The notes under the pieces were generated by a model. The model ran no database searches. It saw nothing but the letters and a program-made list of their open reading frames with translations, and was not told the origin of the DNA. This document shows positions 50,801 to 64,000 of a stretch of 64,000 nt of DNA, piece after piece. A program made the translations under genes and the position numbers. The stretch is from positions 3,162,001-3,226,000 of the forward strand of contig JBHGNT010000018.1 in the NCBI GenBank assembly GCA_043228905.1. Direction: 5' to 3'. Within the stretch, counting starts at the first letter, position 1; each line of letters begins with the position of its first letter. The DNA comes from Azolla caroliniana (taxonomy: Eukaryota > Plantae > Polypodiophyta).

Positions 50801-53367
50801 GTTGATCCTCCCCGTCACTGTAAACCGATCGGATGCAAGTGGGTGTACAAGGTCAAGTACAACGTCGACGGTTCTGTTAACCGGTACGAAGCCCGGTTAG
50901 TGGCGAAGGGATACGCGCAGACCCACGGAATCGACTACGACGAGACCTTCGCTCCTGTGGCGAAGATGACGACGGTTCGTGTGGTACTAGCGGTTGCTGC
51001 AACAAGGGGGTGGCATCTTTACCAGATGGATGTGAAGAATGCCTTCCTTCAAGGAGAGCTTGAAGAAGAAGTCTTTATGACTCAGCCCCCCGGATTTCAA
51101 TCGGAGATGAACAAATCGGCGGTATGCCGACTGAAGAAGTCGCTTTACGGCTTGAAGCAAGCCCCCCGAGCTTGGAACTCAAAGATCACGCACCGGTTGC
51201 ATAAGCTGGGGTTTGTTGTCTCTAAGTCGGACTCTTCGTTGTTCATCCGGCAAGGCTCTGACGATCCGGTATGTATACTCTTGTATGTGGATGATTTAGT
51301 CATCACCGGACCGGGTCTTCCCGAAATCAACCGCGTCAAGTCCCAGTTGTCGGACGCATTCGAAATTAAGGACCTGGGGGACCTTCATTATTTTCTTGGG
51401 ATCGAGGTGATCCGGACCCCCAACGGCATATTGCTCTCACAACGACATTACGTGTTGAATATGCTGTATAAGTTCGGCATGACGGATTGCCGACCTGTCT
51501 CCACACCCCTGGACCGGAACCAGAAGCTCCGTCCCAACTCCGGACCGGCCTGCAATGAGAAACGGTTCCGACAAGTTGTAGGAAGCCTGATCTACTTAAC
51601 CATCACCCGACCTGACATCAGCTATCCGGTCGGCATGGTAAGTCAGTTCATGCAGAAGCCGACCGTGGAGCACCTTCAGTGCGCGCAACGAATATTATGG
51701 TATGTCAGCGGCACTAAGGACCGGGGACTGCTATACCGACGAGGTATACCCGAAGAGCTTGTCGGTTACACAGATGCTGACTGGGCTGGCGATGCGTCTG
51801 ATCGCCGCTCCACTTCCGGATACATGTTCTCCATAGGTAGCGCGGCCGTTGCGTGGAGCAGCAAGAAGCAGCCCACAGTGGCTTTGTCAAGCACTGAGGC
51901 TGAGTACCGGGCCGCTACCGTTGCCACTTGTGAAGCCATCTGGCTTCGGCGACTGCTGCGAGACTTGCGGATCAAGGTACTGACCCCGATCCCGATTTAC
52001 TGCGATAACATGAGCAGCCTGCAGCTCGCCAGGAACCCTGTGTTCCATGCTCGCACAAAGCACATCGAGGTGCACTACCACTTCGTGCGTGAGCGGGTCC
52101 TGAGCTGTGAAATTGACCTACGGTATGTTCATACGGATCGGCAAGTTGCCGACATCTTCACCAAGCCGCTCGGATCGGACAAGTTGCAGCACTTTACCGA
52201 CATGCTTGGTGTTCAACATCTCGACGTGCCGCACTTGAGGGGGAGAAGCAAGGGCAAAGTCTCTACCGAAACGGGCAAAGGCCAAAAACCTGTTGAACCC
52301 GTCGGTAAGAGGAGAGCCGGAAGAAGAGGAGACAAGAAGTTGAAGGAAGCCGAGTCGACGAAGGAAGTCGACACATCCGAACAGGTCGGAGCAAGCGGCT
52401 GTGAAGAAGAGTCGTGCACTCAGGAAGAGAAGCGCATGCTGTGCGGAGGTCATCACGACGGTACTGACCATGATACAGAGTCGAATGAAGAATTCGATTT
52501 CGGTTCACCGGCTGAAGAAGCCGAGGGAAGCATGGAGAAGGCCAGGACTCGGAAGTGGTCCGATGTGGTGAGAGGCCTGACGCCGGAAGTCGAATCGGAG
52601 TGTACCGATTCGGACAAGAGCTGGAACGAGTCGGAGATAGCTGACTCGGATCAACAGATGGATTTGGATGAGACGGATCGACTGAAGGCCAAGGGGACAC
52701 GGACACAGCGGAAGTCGATGCCATCGTGGGAGAACCGACGGATCAGCAAGCGCCAGAGTCACAACAATGTGAGTGCTAAGATGGGCCTATTGAGCAGACA
52801 TGCCGACCAAGAGGGTTGAGGCGTGCAGAACCAAAGGGGTCGCGGCAAACGGGACCGGACCGGACGAGGAGCGCGAGCAAGGCGGAGTGACGCCAGGAGA
52901 AGTCGGTTGGAAGAATCGACTGCCACAGAGGCCGACACTACAACCCCACCTCAGGTTGAGCTTGAGGGGGAGTGTTGAGCGGCAAGCTCAACCGGAGCCG
53001 GATCGGCTGAATAAGCCGGTGCCGGTAAGCGAAACGGATCGGGCGAAACGAATCGGTATGACGGTGAGCAACCGAACCGGCAAGCAGTGGAGGCCGGGTG
53101 CAATCTGTAACCGGAAGTCCAATCGGAAGCCTAGTATAGGATAGACTATTAGGTAGCGATAGTCTCGTAGTAAGTGTCAGATGCTCGTGTGAGCATTGAA
53201 GTACATGGTACTTCTGTCAGTCCCAAGAGGACTTGTATAAATAGTGCTACTTAGCACAGTGTGTATACTGTGTCTTGATATAATTTTGAAATAGCGTTCT
53301 GCTCTCTCTCTCTCTCTCTCTCTGTGTTGTTCTCTGTTTTACGCTTCCGCAAACACTTACGTTTACA
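47440..53367 (+). mobile_element. Full-length Ty1/Copia LTR retrotransposon. LTRs 47440-47842 and 52973-53367
   Basis: TG..CA LTRs (~7 substitutions plus a CT-repeat length difference by eye). TSD AGGAT (47435-47439 / 53368-53372), PBS TGGTATCAGAGC (47843-47854) and PPT GAGGGGGAG (52964-52972). Confidence 0.96.
47937..52819 (+). pseudogene. Copia polyprotein with one stop (48111-48113), one frameshift (~49365) and a ~200-aa C-terminal extension
   Basis: CWYCGKKGHRESEC, WYVDSG, LWHKR/GH, SDGGKEY, LYGLKQAPR, LYVDD and ADIFTKPL, followed by a charged tail. Confidence 0.92.
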
Positions 53368-54337
53368 AGGATAAAAGCTACTTTTTGTATTAGATTGATT
53401 ATTCTAAAAACTCTAGATCATTCTAGAATGTTCTAGAATATCCTAGAACATTATAGAAATATCTAAGCTATTCTATAGGAACCTATAAATAAGGGCATAC
53501 ATGTATTCTCAAATCAATTCGAATCAACACCAGTCTTTAGCTCTCATTACATATCTTGTATCCATTCTCTTTCTTTCTCTATCTTAATACACCCATTCTT
53601 CTCTTAGCAATTCGTTCCTTTCTTCTTGTGTTCCCTTATATCGTTCTTCCATCACCCAATCTTTTATTCTTGGTTCTGACATAAGGTTCAAAAAAGTCCC
53701 TCACATCGACTTCCTAGAATTGCATGGGAAGCAAGCAAAAAGATCCAAAAGATTCATAAAAGTAAAATTTTCTATTCCTGTTGGATGCAAGATATGGAAA
53801 AATGGTTTGGTAGATGGGATGCAACACACTTGCTTCATGATGCATCACTAGATTGCTCTATAAATGAGACCATTTTGGAATGCCAATGTATCAGGACATG
53901 GGACAAATGTGGAGGTTCACGATTCACACATTATACTACACATATTGCACCTAATGACAAAGACATATTCTTCACAGAATAGGGAAACCATACACATTAA
54001 TATATGTTAGAGCCATCTCGTTGTCTGCCTTTCGAACCATTGTTTCCATGCGACTTAGCTCACATTCATTGTGATGTGAGACGGGGAGTTGGGGCACAAG
54101 TGATAAGAGTGGTTGATTATGCACACTTTTTCCTAAACAAATTCGAGAGTCTGAGTATCACACTTTGATACAATGCTCTGCCTTTGATCATATTCAACCA
54201 TGCTTTCCACACATCTTCGACCAAGCCCAATCCTTTCATGAGTTTCTCTCACAGCCACAATGTGCACTCTCGGTTGCAACATTCATTGGTAAAGTTCTTG
54301 AAATTCAAGAATTGCCACTCACTTTCACACGTTCTCG

Positions 54338-54883
54338 TGAAGAATTTCGGCCAGAGGCGGAAACCGGGAACGTTGGCTACATCGGCGGGGTGCAGCGTGT
54401 GTACGCACCCATGTACATTTAGTGTGAATATCGAGGGCGCCTTTATGGCGCCGAAGAGAGTCAAGTCGGGGCAGACGATCCCATGTAAGGCGGGATTTGT
54501 CCCACATTGTAACGCATCCCTCTCCTTGTACTATAAAAGGAAGGGATCACCCTTTGGAAAAGGGTTGCCCATTTTGCATTAGAGGGTATACCGTTAGGTT
54601 TAGGGTTAGGTTTCTTCTGCTTCTTCTTCTTCCCCTTTGTGTTCATTTAGGGTTTGCTTCAGCTCATCTCCTGCGCAAGACCCCGCTCGGCGCGACGAGC
54701 TCGTGAGCTCCTCGACGACGGCTTGGCAGCAGACGACTACTGTAACCTACCTCAGTCCGGCTCGAAGCCGGGAGTGTATTCTTCTTATATATATATACAT
54801 ATACGTTTGCGTCTGTCTGTGTATATTGGCGTCTTGTTGGTGTCGGGTGCTCCCCTCCTTTCCTGCGTTTCCTGTACATGAGG

Positions 54884-54914
<31 letters not shown>

Positions 54915-54929
54915 AGTCGGTGTCAAGCA

Positions 54930-54973
<44 letters not shown>

Positions 54974-55108
54974 TCGGCTGCTTCCGGTGCGTTTCAGGGA
55001 TGCCCTAGAAACGGTGAAGTGCGACTTCCTACGCTCCGTCGCTCCCTAGTCCAAGACCCCCGTGGTCCCGCCTTTCTCCACGCACGCGCGTAACAACGCG
55101 ACAACGTA
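54338..55108 (+). mobile_element. Solo LTR inserted near the LINE 3' end
   Basis: GC-rich 771-bp block with a TATAAAAG box, starting TG. Flanks are TCTCG/TCACG and the LINE sequence resumes after it. Confidence 0.65.
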
Positions 55109-55169
55109 TCACGTGAATGTAATATTTTGGGTCTCATAGGTCATTTTTTACCTCGGAAGACGATAATAG

Positions 55170-55204
<35 letters not shown>

Positions 55205-56108
55205 TCTATCATCTCTCTTTTATCCCCTCTATTTGGCCTTTGTATAGACAACTAAGAAGACTTCATCATGTAATGTTTTAAAACAACTTTTGGAAAAACT
55301 AGTTATTTAGCAATAAAGATATACTCACATAAACACAACTTGGGCACAACTTCTTGGGACAATATAAGGAAACAACAAGACGCACCCACCCCATGTGATT
55401 TGAAGGAAGGTGAATCGTTTTCCTTTGCATATGTAGCCATGATCCTAAATTAGAATGGAACTTGGAAAGAAATACCTAGAGTAAACCATCGCATTTGCAC
55501 AATCAAGAGATGATGAAGGATGTGACACATTCACAACCATCGAACAATGGTTCTCACCATATGTTACTACATGCACCAACCTCTACGTATTAGGTATGTA
55601 AGTGAGCTCTTTGTTGAAGAATATGCTTGGTTGATCACATCATCTGCACCAACAAAGGAGACTTACTAATAAAACATTTTTTAGGCCCCATAAGTCATTT
55701 TTCTAACCTCTTGAGGATGTAAACACAACATGTGGATAGTTCACTTCCATATCAATGGATACAAAAATTCTGCCTTGAAAACCTTACATGGAAGAGGTAC
55801 ATAGTCATGGCAATTCACATTCTTGCATACTTGTTAAAAAAACATGTATTCTATGTTTATAATACTCGGAAGTATTCTATGTTTTGGAATTGCCATTTTA
55901 TAATATTTCATGTATTTTAAGTATTCTATGTATTTAACATTTCATGAAGAGTTTTTTTTTTTAAACTTTAAAATTTAAGCAACATTTAATGTATTTTACA
56001 CGTATTTAAAGTATTCTACATGTATTTAAAGAGTTCTACACATATTTAACATATGTTATATATAAGATATGTATTCTAAGTTGAAAAAAAAGGTACTATA
56101 CTTAGCAT

Positions 56109-56603
56109 TAGCAATGGGCCCGGTTCGGTTCGGTTTCTTGGCCTTCAAACCAAACCAAACCATTTTTTATTGATATTAATCATTATACTTATTATAAATT
56201 TGTGTGAGAAAATCATCATAAATTTATTCATCATACTCATCATAAATTTTGTCATCATACTTATCATAATTGATCATTATAAATGAAAAAGAGACTCTAC
56301 ATATAATACATATAAAATTTAATAAGTTAAAACAAGAGTTTAAAATTAAAAGTTGAAAGTTATAGCTTATAGAAAATATTTATGAGTATTTATTAACCTA
56401 TAAACCTTTAAATCGAACCACATAAACAGAAATCGATAAGCCGCTAAGCCGCTAAATCGGTCAATTCAAAACCGAACCGAACCGAAACCGATTAGTTATC
56501 TTTGAAACCAAACAAAACTGTTTAGTTATCTTTGAACCTATAAACCGTTAAGCCACGGTTTTTCGATTCGGTTCGGTTTGAGCCGAAACCGGGCCCATTG
56601 CTA
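56109..56603. mobile_element. hAT-family MITE
   Basis: 17-bp TIR TAGCAATGGGCCCGGTT, 8-bp TSD CTTAGCAT (56101-56108 / 56604-56611), subterminal AACCG repeats and an AT-rich core. Confidence 0.93.
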
Positions 56604-56649
56604 CTTAGCATATGTATTCTATGGGTATTGTATGCTATGCTACAATGCA

Positions 56650-59150
56650 TTCATGTTCCCATGATTTTGATTAAATTACTAACATAGGTTCATCAACTAC
56701 CAAAACATATATTCTTCTAGACCAACTTTAGGGGGCACTAAATCAAAACTAGGGAATTCATCTTCATACTTGTTCGGCATTACATGGAAAATACAAAACA
56801 CACATACATCAAATCAATTCAAAAAACAAAGGGAAGCATTCAAGCACAATTACAAAGAGGAAGGCATAGAATTGGAGCTCCATTATATGTCCTAAGCAAG
56901 TAGATACATATAAAACTCAATAGCTTGAAATAGGAACTAATCTTAGAACACAAAGGTTCCTATAATGTAATAAGTTGTTACTCATTGAGACAAATCCATA
57001 TATTGCATTAAATGTTGTTCTTTCTATTACCACAATTGAAAAGGATGGTTGGTGTTTGTTTCAAGTGTTTTATTTGAGCCAAACATACCTTGATTTCTTT
57101 TGATGATGCTTCATTATAAACAAACTCCCACTTCATTCACTTGCTAATTCCACATCATTTGGCTTTTTAAATTCCCCTATTATCCAACTCATCTTTCTCC
57201 ACATGTTAGTATTCTACAACTTGGATGCTCGATAATAATTTCTTAGTCCATTCAATTTCCAAGGACTCTGTAAAGAGATTTGCATAATTCTCTGCCAATT
57301 CTCCCATTGAAATTGTTTCATGTGACAATCAAAGCATTGGTATATATCTCAATGATTAATATATGAACAACTTTACTTTTTAAAATAGAGGGCTATATCC
57401 ACCAAGAATCTATTTATTTACATGTCTAGGACTATGGTGCTCCTTTCAACTTGTACAAAGCTTTATCCATTTATCTACGTCTCTAATACCTCAAAACCAA
57501 GCGGGTCACTCCATGAATATCTCCTCTCCCAAATATACATTGGGAAAGGTACAATTCACATCCATATAGTATAGTCATTAGTTTCATGTTACTTATATTT
57601 ATAGAATTGTTCAAATAGTTTTTGGTCTTGTGCTCAAGACCAATGATTCTTCAAATTTCACTCCCGCCTTTTGCACATTTGCGTTTGCTACTAGTCTTGC
57701 CATATGCTTAGTCTAAGGACCCACTTCATCTTGATTGACCTCCTTTTATATTCCATCAACTAAATCCCAAGTTTAGTCATTTGTAATACTCCTTGTACAT
57801 GAATAATCAGCAAATCATTGAGATTTGTAATATGCTTCAAAGTCTATAAGTAGAAGAGTTTCATCATGTGTTGACAAAATATCAGGTCAAGTGGTTCTTC
57901 ATGTTTATTCAATTATTATTATAATGTATTGAACTCTAATATCGAGTTTGGTTTGTTGTTCTCAAAGACGAGAAACCATTTTAAAATGTTATCTCCATTT
58001 TGGCCTATTAAAAGACGTTAATATAACTTTCTTTCTTTCTTTCTAGTTAAGAAATGTACTTGTTTAATCCTATGTAAGTTTTTAATTGCTAATTATGTCG
58101 GTTAATCCTATCAAAAAATGACTAATAATATAAGAAAGAAATTCTACTCATGCTCTACTAAAGGAATTGAATATTAGTTAGCTATGTATTGGTGTATATA
58201 GTTCACCCAGACTTTTGGGTGCATCCCCTCTATGATTTGTTGAATGTTATCGAAACATCTCTTCATTCAAAGTCACTCATACTATAGCCTTAGTGAATTA
58301 ACCATTTCACTCCTTTTATTTTATTTGGTACGTACATATACTAAATGTAGAAAATACGGAAAGTTTTTTATGGGCATTTAGAAAAAAGTGAGATATACAA
58401 CATATTGATCTCAGATAAAATTATCTATTGACTGAAGTTTCCTGAACAACAACTACATTGAAAGGTACATTAGGAATTCTGCATCCTAGATTTATAAAAA
58501 ATTTATGAGACTTCAAAGTTGCATCTATGTGCATTCTTGGAAAATGCATCTGATTGAGGTTTGTTTCATATAAGAAACTAAAGCAAAATTGTGGACAAAA
58601 TTCACACAACTGGAATTATGTCACATAGGTAACATGTAAAGTTTTGGGCTTGGTTATTTTTTTGTAGTAGTGAATCACTACTAGTGATAGACAGGAATTT
58701 CCTTCTTTTTTGCAAATATTATGGAATCACATATCTTTATTGCCGAAGATTTCTCATAGAATACTCCTTTGTAAATGTCTCCTTTTTCTTCTCTGTCTTC
58801 AAGATTCTTTACTATGGAAAAAGCAAAACGAAATATGAGGGTATCTTGCATCAATGCACCTCTAGGCTCACCATATCTTCTTCTTTTCGTCCATCATGGC
58901 GAACTGTGTTTCTACACTACACACAAACCTCTGCAAATAATGTTTCTGTTTTAGACAAGCTTCTCGCCTTTTCTATATGTAATTTCTCGACATCTAGTCA
59001 ATCAAATTTGCTATATGAGATGAATAACTTTATTGAGTCTAACTTTACTAATAATTATAATACCATCTTTGAATCAATTACATATGTGATCATCAACAAA
59101 ACAAATTTGAAACAATCATCATTCATATATATGCATGAACAATAGATCAA
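56650..59150 (-). mobile_element. Ancient degenerate Copia internal region
   Basis: Minus-strand remnants WDLV..KWV..ARLVA..MDV..F....LGEEIFME (~57500-57780) and CEFC (~58600). Boundaries are approximate. Confidence 0.55.
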
Positions 59151-62100
59151 TGGGTGTATTGGAATGATGATAATTGATTAGCATAAATCCATATCAAGTA
59201 AGCATTTAAAATACTTACTAAAGGCCATTAATTAAAAATGATTCATCCCATACATTTACCATGGAATAAGTGAAAAATAAGGGAAATTCGGCTACGGGTA
59301 TAATATTGATATAGTGGAACTACGAATAATAGAGTCAATATTATGACTCTTCATCATTGACAATTTATGGAGGTCACAACTACAAACCTAAACACACTTA
59401 TTTGTATGACTCACCCAATGAGTGATTCTTATGGAGATATTTCCTTGGTGTATTACGTGTGTTAGTAATGCTACAAGCTCATAATGTTTCATTACTGAAC
59501 TACAAACCGTGTAGACTTACCTACAAAACCATGCTACATTTGTTGTCAACCTATCTAGTATCCATGAATAAATAGTCTAATTCTACAACTATATAATTTC
59601 TTACAACTAAGGTCTTTTGGTTGTAGTTTTGCACTTTGCTTTGAGTTTTTTAAATTTTAGGTCCTTAATGCATACCCACTTATTGTTGGTTTTCACTCAC
59701 CCTAAGGCTTTCCGCATGTAATATAATGCGATACTTCATTAGCTTATCTCAAGTATACATTTCAACATCCATGCATATTGCATATTTATGTGGATGATGA
59801 TTGTGTTTGTGCATGATGTGAGTTTATGCATGCTCATTTATTTAGAACTTTATTTTCCTCAACATCACGTGCCCATTAAGTTTCTATGTATGTGCATGCA
59901 CATATATGTTATTGTTGATGTCCACGTTATCAATTGTTGTTGGGTGATTAGTTTCATACCATCTCAATCAAGAGGTACTTTTGAATGATGAGATTCCACG
60001 GTGTGAATGTTTAGTACATTCTTTGATATGCCAAAGGATATTTATATTTTGAGTAAGAAAATTATGATTAGTTAGCCAATAATCCCCAAGTGGCTACTTT
60101 AAGGCATAATATGGTGATTGGATAGAATAATGTTGTAGGTCTCGCCTAATTTTAGTCCCAAATCATTACAAACCTTTTCTTTGCTGCAAATGTTTCATCG
60201 AGAATACTTCCATACATTGCTTTTTTTTTCATGAGAGTGTAAATGCAAAGTTTTGAAGTATTACATGCACTATTGCACCTACGTGCAATGGCACTATGCG
60301 GTGTAGTTAATTTTCTTGGTAAAATAGAAGATTTTAAATTCCTTTACCTTGTCTCGTGAATGCTTAGTAATGATTCAAACTATTTTGTTTCTTTGGAGAT
60401 GCTTTTTCAAGCATTCAATGACCTCTCAAAATCCTTCTACACCAAGAGGGAATCCTCTCTTAAAAGCCAGTATCACATACGTTGATATTGGTATAGATTC
60501 TTGATCTCCAAATGATCTAAAAGGGATGCATGTGGGAAGCTTTTTCCCTTAATTCACTTATGGTAGGATTGAGTTAATTAGATGGCCATTACAAATATAG
60601 GTAAACACTTCAAATAAGACTTGAGAATTTCTTTAGATGGTAAAATGCCCGTGATCAATCCTTTAAAAGAGCAATTTTATAGTCAATTCATCTTTTACGT
60701 CGAGTCATACCTTTTCGGTATTTTAGAAGTTGATTGGAAACTCAAGGTCATTTGGGCAAGCAAAGCAAAATTCTACAAATATTTCCCTAAAATCTAAATG
60801 CGAAATTACATGAATTTAGATTTGATTACGATTTTTGGATAAACATCTCAAAGTAAAGGCAAGCTAGGTTTTTGCATGATGACATGGAAAGGAATGTGGG
60901 GCAAGTAATGTAACGAATGCATCACATGAATCAAGAATGATCTTGAGTGCACGAAAAGTGATATCAGCAAGGGATGTGTGTAGAGAGAGAGATTGAAAAT
61001 ATTAGTAACCTTAAAAATGACATAGTATGCCTTGGGAGAAGTAGGAGGAATTGGATACTTGTTCTCTAATATATACTACTTTATCCTTTTTCGCATATAA
61101 AATGCGATAGACTTCAAGTACACTTCACTCCAATCAATACAACACGGCCCATAAGTGTCATGACAAACATTGAAATACTCAAATAAAATTAACATCCCTG
61201 GTTTGAAGTACCAAACAATGGGTGCAATCATTTAATTGACAACATCAAATAAGCAACGAGATATTGACTCGAGTAAAAGTATCCAAATGAATGAATATGT
61301 TTCATAGTAAAAATGACATATGTTAAAAATCTAGCACAAAGAACATAGAAATTTTGAGAAAATGCCAAATCGCCACTTTTTTGTCACAAAGTTAATTAGT
61401 ACCAAATTAGCATAACACAAAATTGGCGATTAATACATATGTACTTCTCACAATGGCTTAATTAAAAGAAATAAATTTGCATGGATAAGATAGTTCGATA
61501 TTATTCAACTTTATGGAAAAGGGATGGTAATTGGCCAATATTCTCATAATTTGGTTAGGTTTTTGATAAATGTCCATAGTTGTTGCGGTATACCTTTAAT
61601 TTTCCAAGACAAGCTCATTTTTTTTCAATAAAACTTTGTAGGGGGAGCATTCTCTTCAAAATTAAATGGATCATCATAATACCATGACATACACAATCTA
61701 TGATCATAGTTTGGAAAAACATAAAAATGTCACACGCTCGAGTCTTGACAATAGACAAAGTTAGTTTGCACAAATTGTAGCATGTTAACATTTTGAATAG
61801 CATGATCTAATAATATTTGTCAATGATAGCAACAATAAGACCGATACAAGCTTGGGAGTGGTAACTTTTTTATTATTGATACAACCTATAAGGTTTTAAG
61901 AGATAGAGATCTATTTGCGTTCTTATAGTTCAAATATGACCTTTTGAATTGAGTGTGGGAAAAAGATTATATGTGTTTTGGTGGGTTGTAGCCAAGAACA
62001 AGATTGAAGTTGAAGATGAGAATGAGAGGAGGAAAACAAAGAGAAATAAGAGGACATTGACAATAACAAGGGTTACAAGAATATGCCGAAGATTGGTATT

Positions 62101-63445
62101 GAGCTCGAATGGTTAATCAATACTCGAACACATGCTTATATAGCATGGTTTGGACACGTGCATGCTTGGCATCTCGCAAGCATGCATTATTGTCACTTTG
62201 TATTAATGCAAGCATGCCACTGGGCATGACACTTGGTGATTATGCATTAGCTTTTATAGATATAGATATAGATCCTCAATGATTTCAATTTTTATATATG
62301 ATAATCAATCCTAATGATTGAGGTTATATCTCTTCTTTGAAGAGGTCATGGGCTCTAATATTCATCATGATTTTAGAGTTTAGGAATATGTTCATAACAA
62401 GTTGGGAGTGTTTCTGGGTATTTCTTAAGCACGCTAGTTATGAAGGTGATAACAGAGAGGGCACAAGCTTCCAATCATGTCTTCAACCACAACCTTGATC
62501 TATTTTGATATTTCGTATTTTTCTCTTTTCGGAAACACCATATCACAACATCCATCCCCACCAAACCATCACATTTTTTGGTATGTCCCCAAAAAAGCAC
62601 CAACAAAGAAACTCGGTCCTTGGTTTGTCTCATCTTTTGAACCTTCTTCTTCTCCTTCTCCTTCTCCTTCTTCTTCTTTGTCATTATGTTTATCTTAAGT
62701 GAATTGATCAATACATGATCTATCTTCTATAATGTTTTGAAAATTTTCACTCTCTCTTGGGAATAGGAACTTCCTACCTTATCCCATCAAGTTAAGCTAA
62801 CTTGTACATATTATCATATGTTTGAATTACCACATATGGACCAAATTTCACAATGTGAATTTCCTCATTGAGTTGTGTTGGTTGTCAAGGCTACTCTCAT
62901 AGACCTTCACCCAAACTCCTTCCTCAACTTTTCTAAGTCAAAGCTAATGTTGCCTATCAAACCATTCCTTGCTTCTAGCTCTTGCTTTCTTGGGCCTCAC
63001 TAATGCTTCCTTTATTTCCTTAGACCTTATCTCTATTGGGTTGAAAGTCTCACTCTACCCATTGTATCCTAGTGTGAACACTCCACTTGGAGTTAGGGCT
63101 TAGTTATCCCAACTATAAAAAAGGAACATAGACTCTTGTAATGGAGTTTAGTAGGATTTGAAATAAACAGTTTCTTCTTGCTCTAAACTGTGTAACTGCA
63201 ACAAGCTTTGATACCAGTTGAAGGCAAAATATCTACTATAGAGTCAATTGATGTGTGGTTGGTCGACTTATGCGGAATATAAGTATGGATCTTGTTGTTG
63301 GAATGAGCAAGCATGTAACAAGTAGAGTGAAAGAATAGTGGATTGTTCAATCACAAAAAGGTAATACGCAAGAAAGAGGGCTACCAGAAGAAGGAAGAGT
63401 AACTAAAGGAAACGACCACGCCAAATATATTCTTCCACAAGAACT

Positions 63446-64000
63446 ATGGCTTCAACATCCGGCACCGGTTGTGAAATCAGGAAGTTCGACGGCAAAGATT
63501 CTGCACTATGGAAAGAAATGATGAGGACGTGTTGATCATTCGATGCAAAATAGAGGTGATTCGGCACAACAATAAGCCAACACCGATGGCAACAGACGAA
63601 TGGCGATCACTTGATGAAATAGCAAGGTCGGTCATCTGGATGCACTTGGCCGAAAATGTCTACTTTAGTATGGCCAAGGAGATGACTATGTAAGTCGTAT
63701 GGGAGAAGCTCCACTCCATATATGAAAAAAAGTCAAGTTCCTCAAAAATCATCTTGATTTGGTAATTGTTCAATATAAAGATGAGAGAGACCGAACTGGA
63801 AATCTCCCATATCAACACCTTCAATCGGTGTTGATTGAACTCTCCTCGCATGGCCTGAATTTTGAGAAAGAAATCAAAGCCCCAACAATTCTCTCGACCC
63901 TCCCCACGAGTTGGGAAGTATTTTGCATGAAAATTATGAATAGCTCCTCTAAACAAGCATTGGACGAAGCGATCAGAGTAGTGTTGTTGGAAGAACTTTG
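63446..64000 (+). pseudogene. Copia gag fragment running off the window
   Basis: IRKFDGKDSALWKE..ARSVIWMHLAENV..WEKLHSIYEKKS..STLPTSWE, with stops and frameshifts. Confidence 0.8.

Larger units (their letters stand above)
44677..53681 (+). mobile_element. Decayed chromovirus (Ty3/Gypsy): RT-RH-IN-chromodomain 44686-47320 plus split 3' LTR (47330-47439 + 53373-53681); 5' half deleted
   Basis: Motifs [32 protein letters not shown] and ISDQGPQF, plus chromodomain EYEVDVILD..YYLVDWLGY..TWE. PPT AGGAGGGATAG and LTR termini TGTCA..TGACA. Confidence 0.9.
44005..55172 (+). mobile_element. 5'-truncated RTE/RTEX-like LINE interrupted by a chromovirus (44677-53681) and a solo LTR (54338-55108)
   Basis: RT motifs VKQGCPLSPTLF, YVDD and LNVNSSKTK. 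It resumes at 53682 (HRLPRIAWE) and includes the C-terminal HSL.CETG..ESEYHTLIQCSAF. The 3' end matches 8989-9030 and there is AATCTCTCTCT at both ends. Confidence 0.85.

Noticed and set aside
61900-63240. PBS-like GCTTTGATACCA (~63206-63217) and LTR-like AT-rich sequence
   Set aside because: Probably decayed Copia, but no paired LTR, TSD or boundaries could be established.

Overview
Repeat-rich nuclear DNA from a land plant. The PPR motif style and retroelement types suggest a fern, but this is inference. Two intact host genes lie on the minus strand: an 11-exon short-chain dehydrogenase/reductase with a likely transit peptide (2652-8684) and a 9-exon class IV HD-Zip (HD-ZLZ-START-SAD) transcription factor (31033-36327). 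There are also PPR remnants. The rest is layered transposons. Two independent triple nests are present: Copia in Gypsy in L1 LINE (10051-22322) and Copia in chromovirus LTR in RTE-like LINE (44005-55172). Also present are a Ulp1-carrying long-TIR element, five solo LTRs (three apparently ending TG...TA), a hAT MITE and a SINE with two convergent tRNA-like units. The most unusual object is a 146-bp hairpin (24182-24327) built from two inverted copies of the U3 end of an LTR whose solo copy is at 37765-38219. It is flanked by a near-perfect 5-bp TSD, so it looks like a MITE made by snap-back synthesis and inserted by a retroelement integrase. All alignments and mismatch counts were done by eye.
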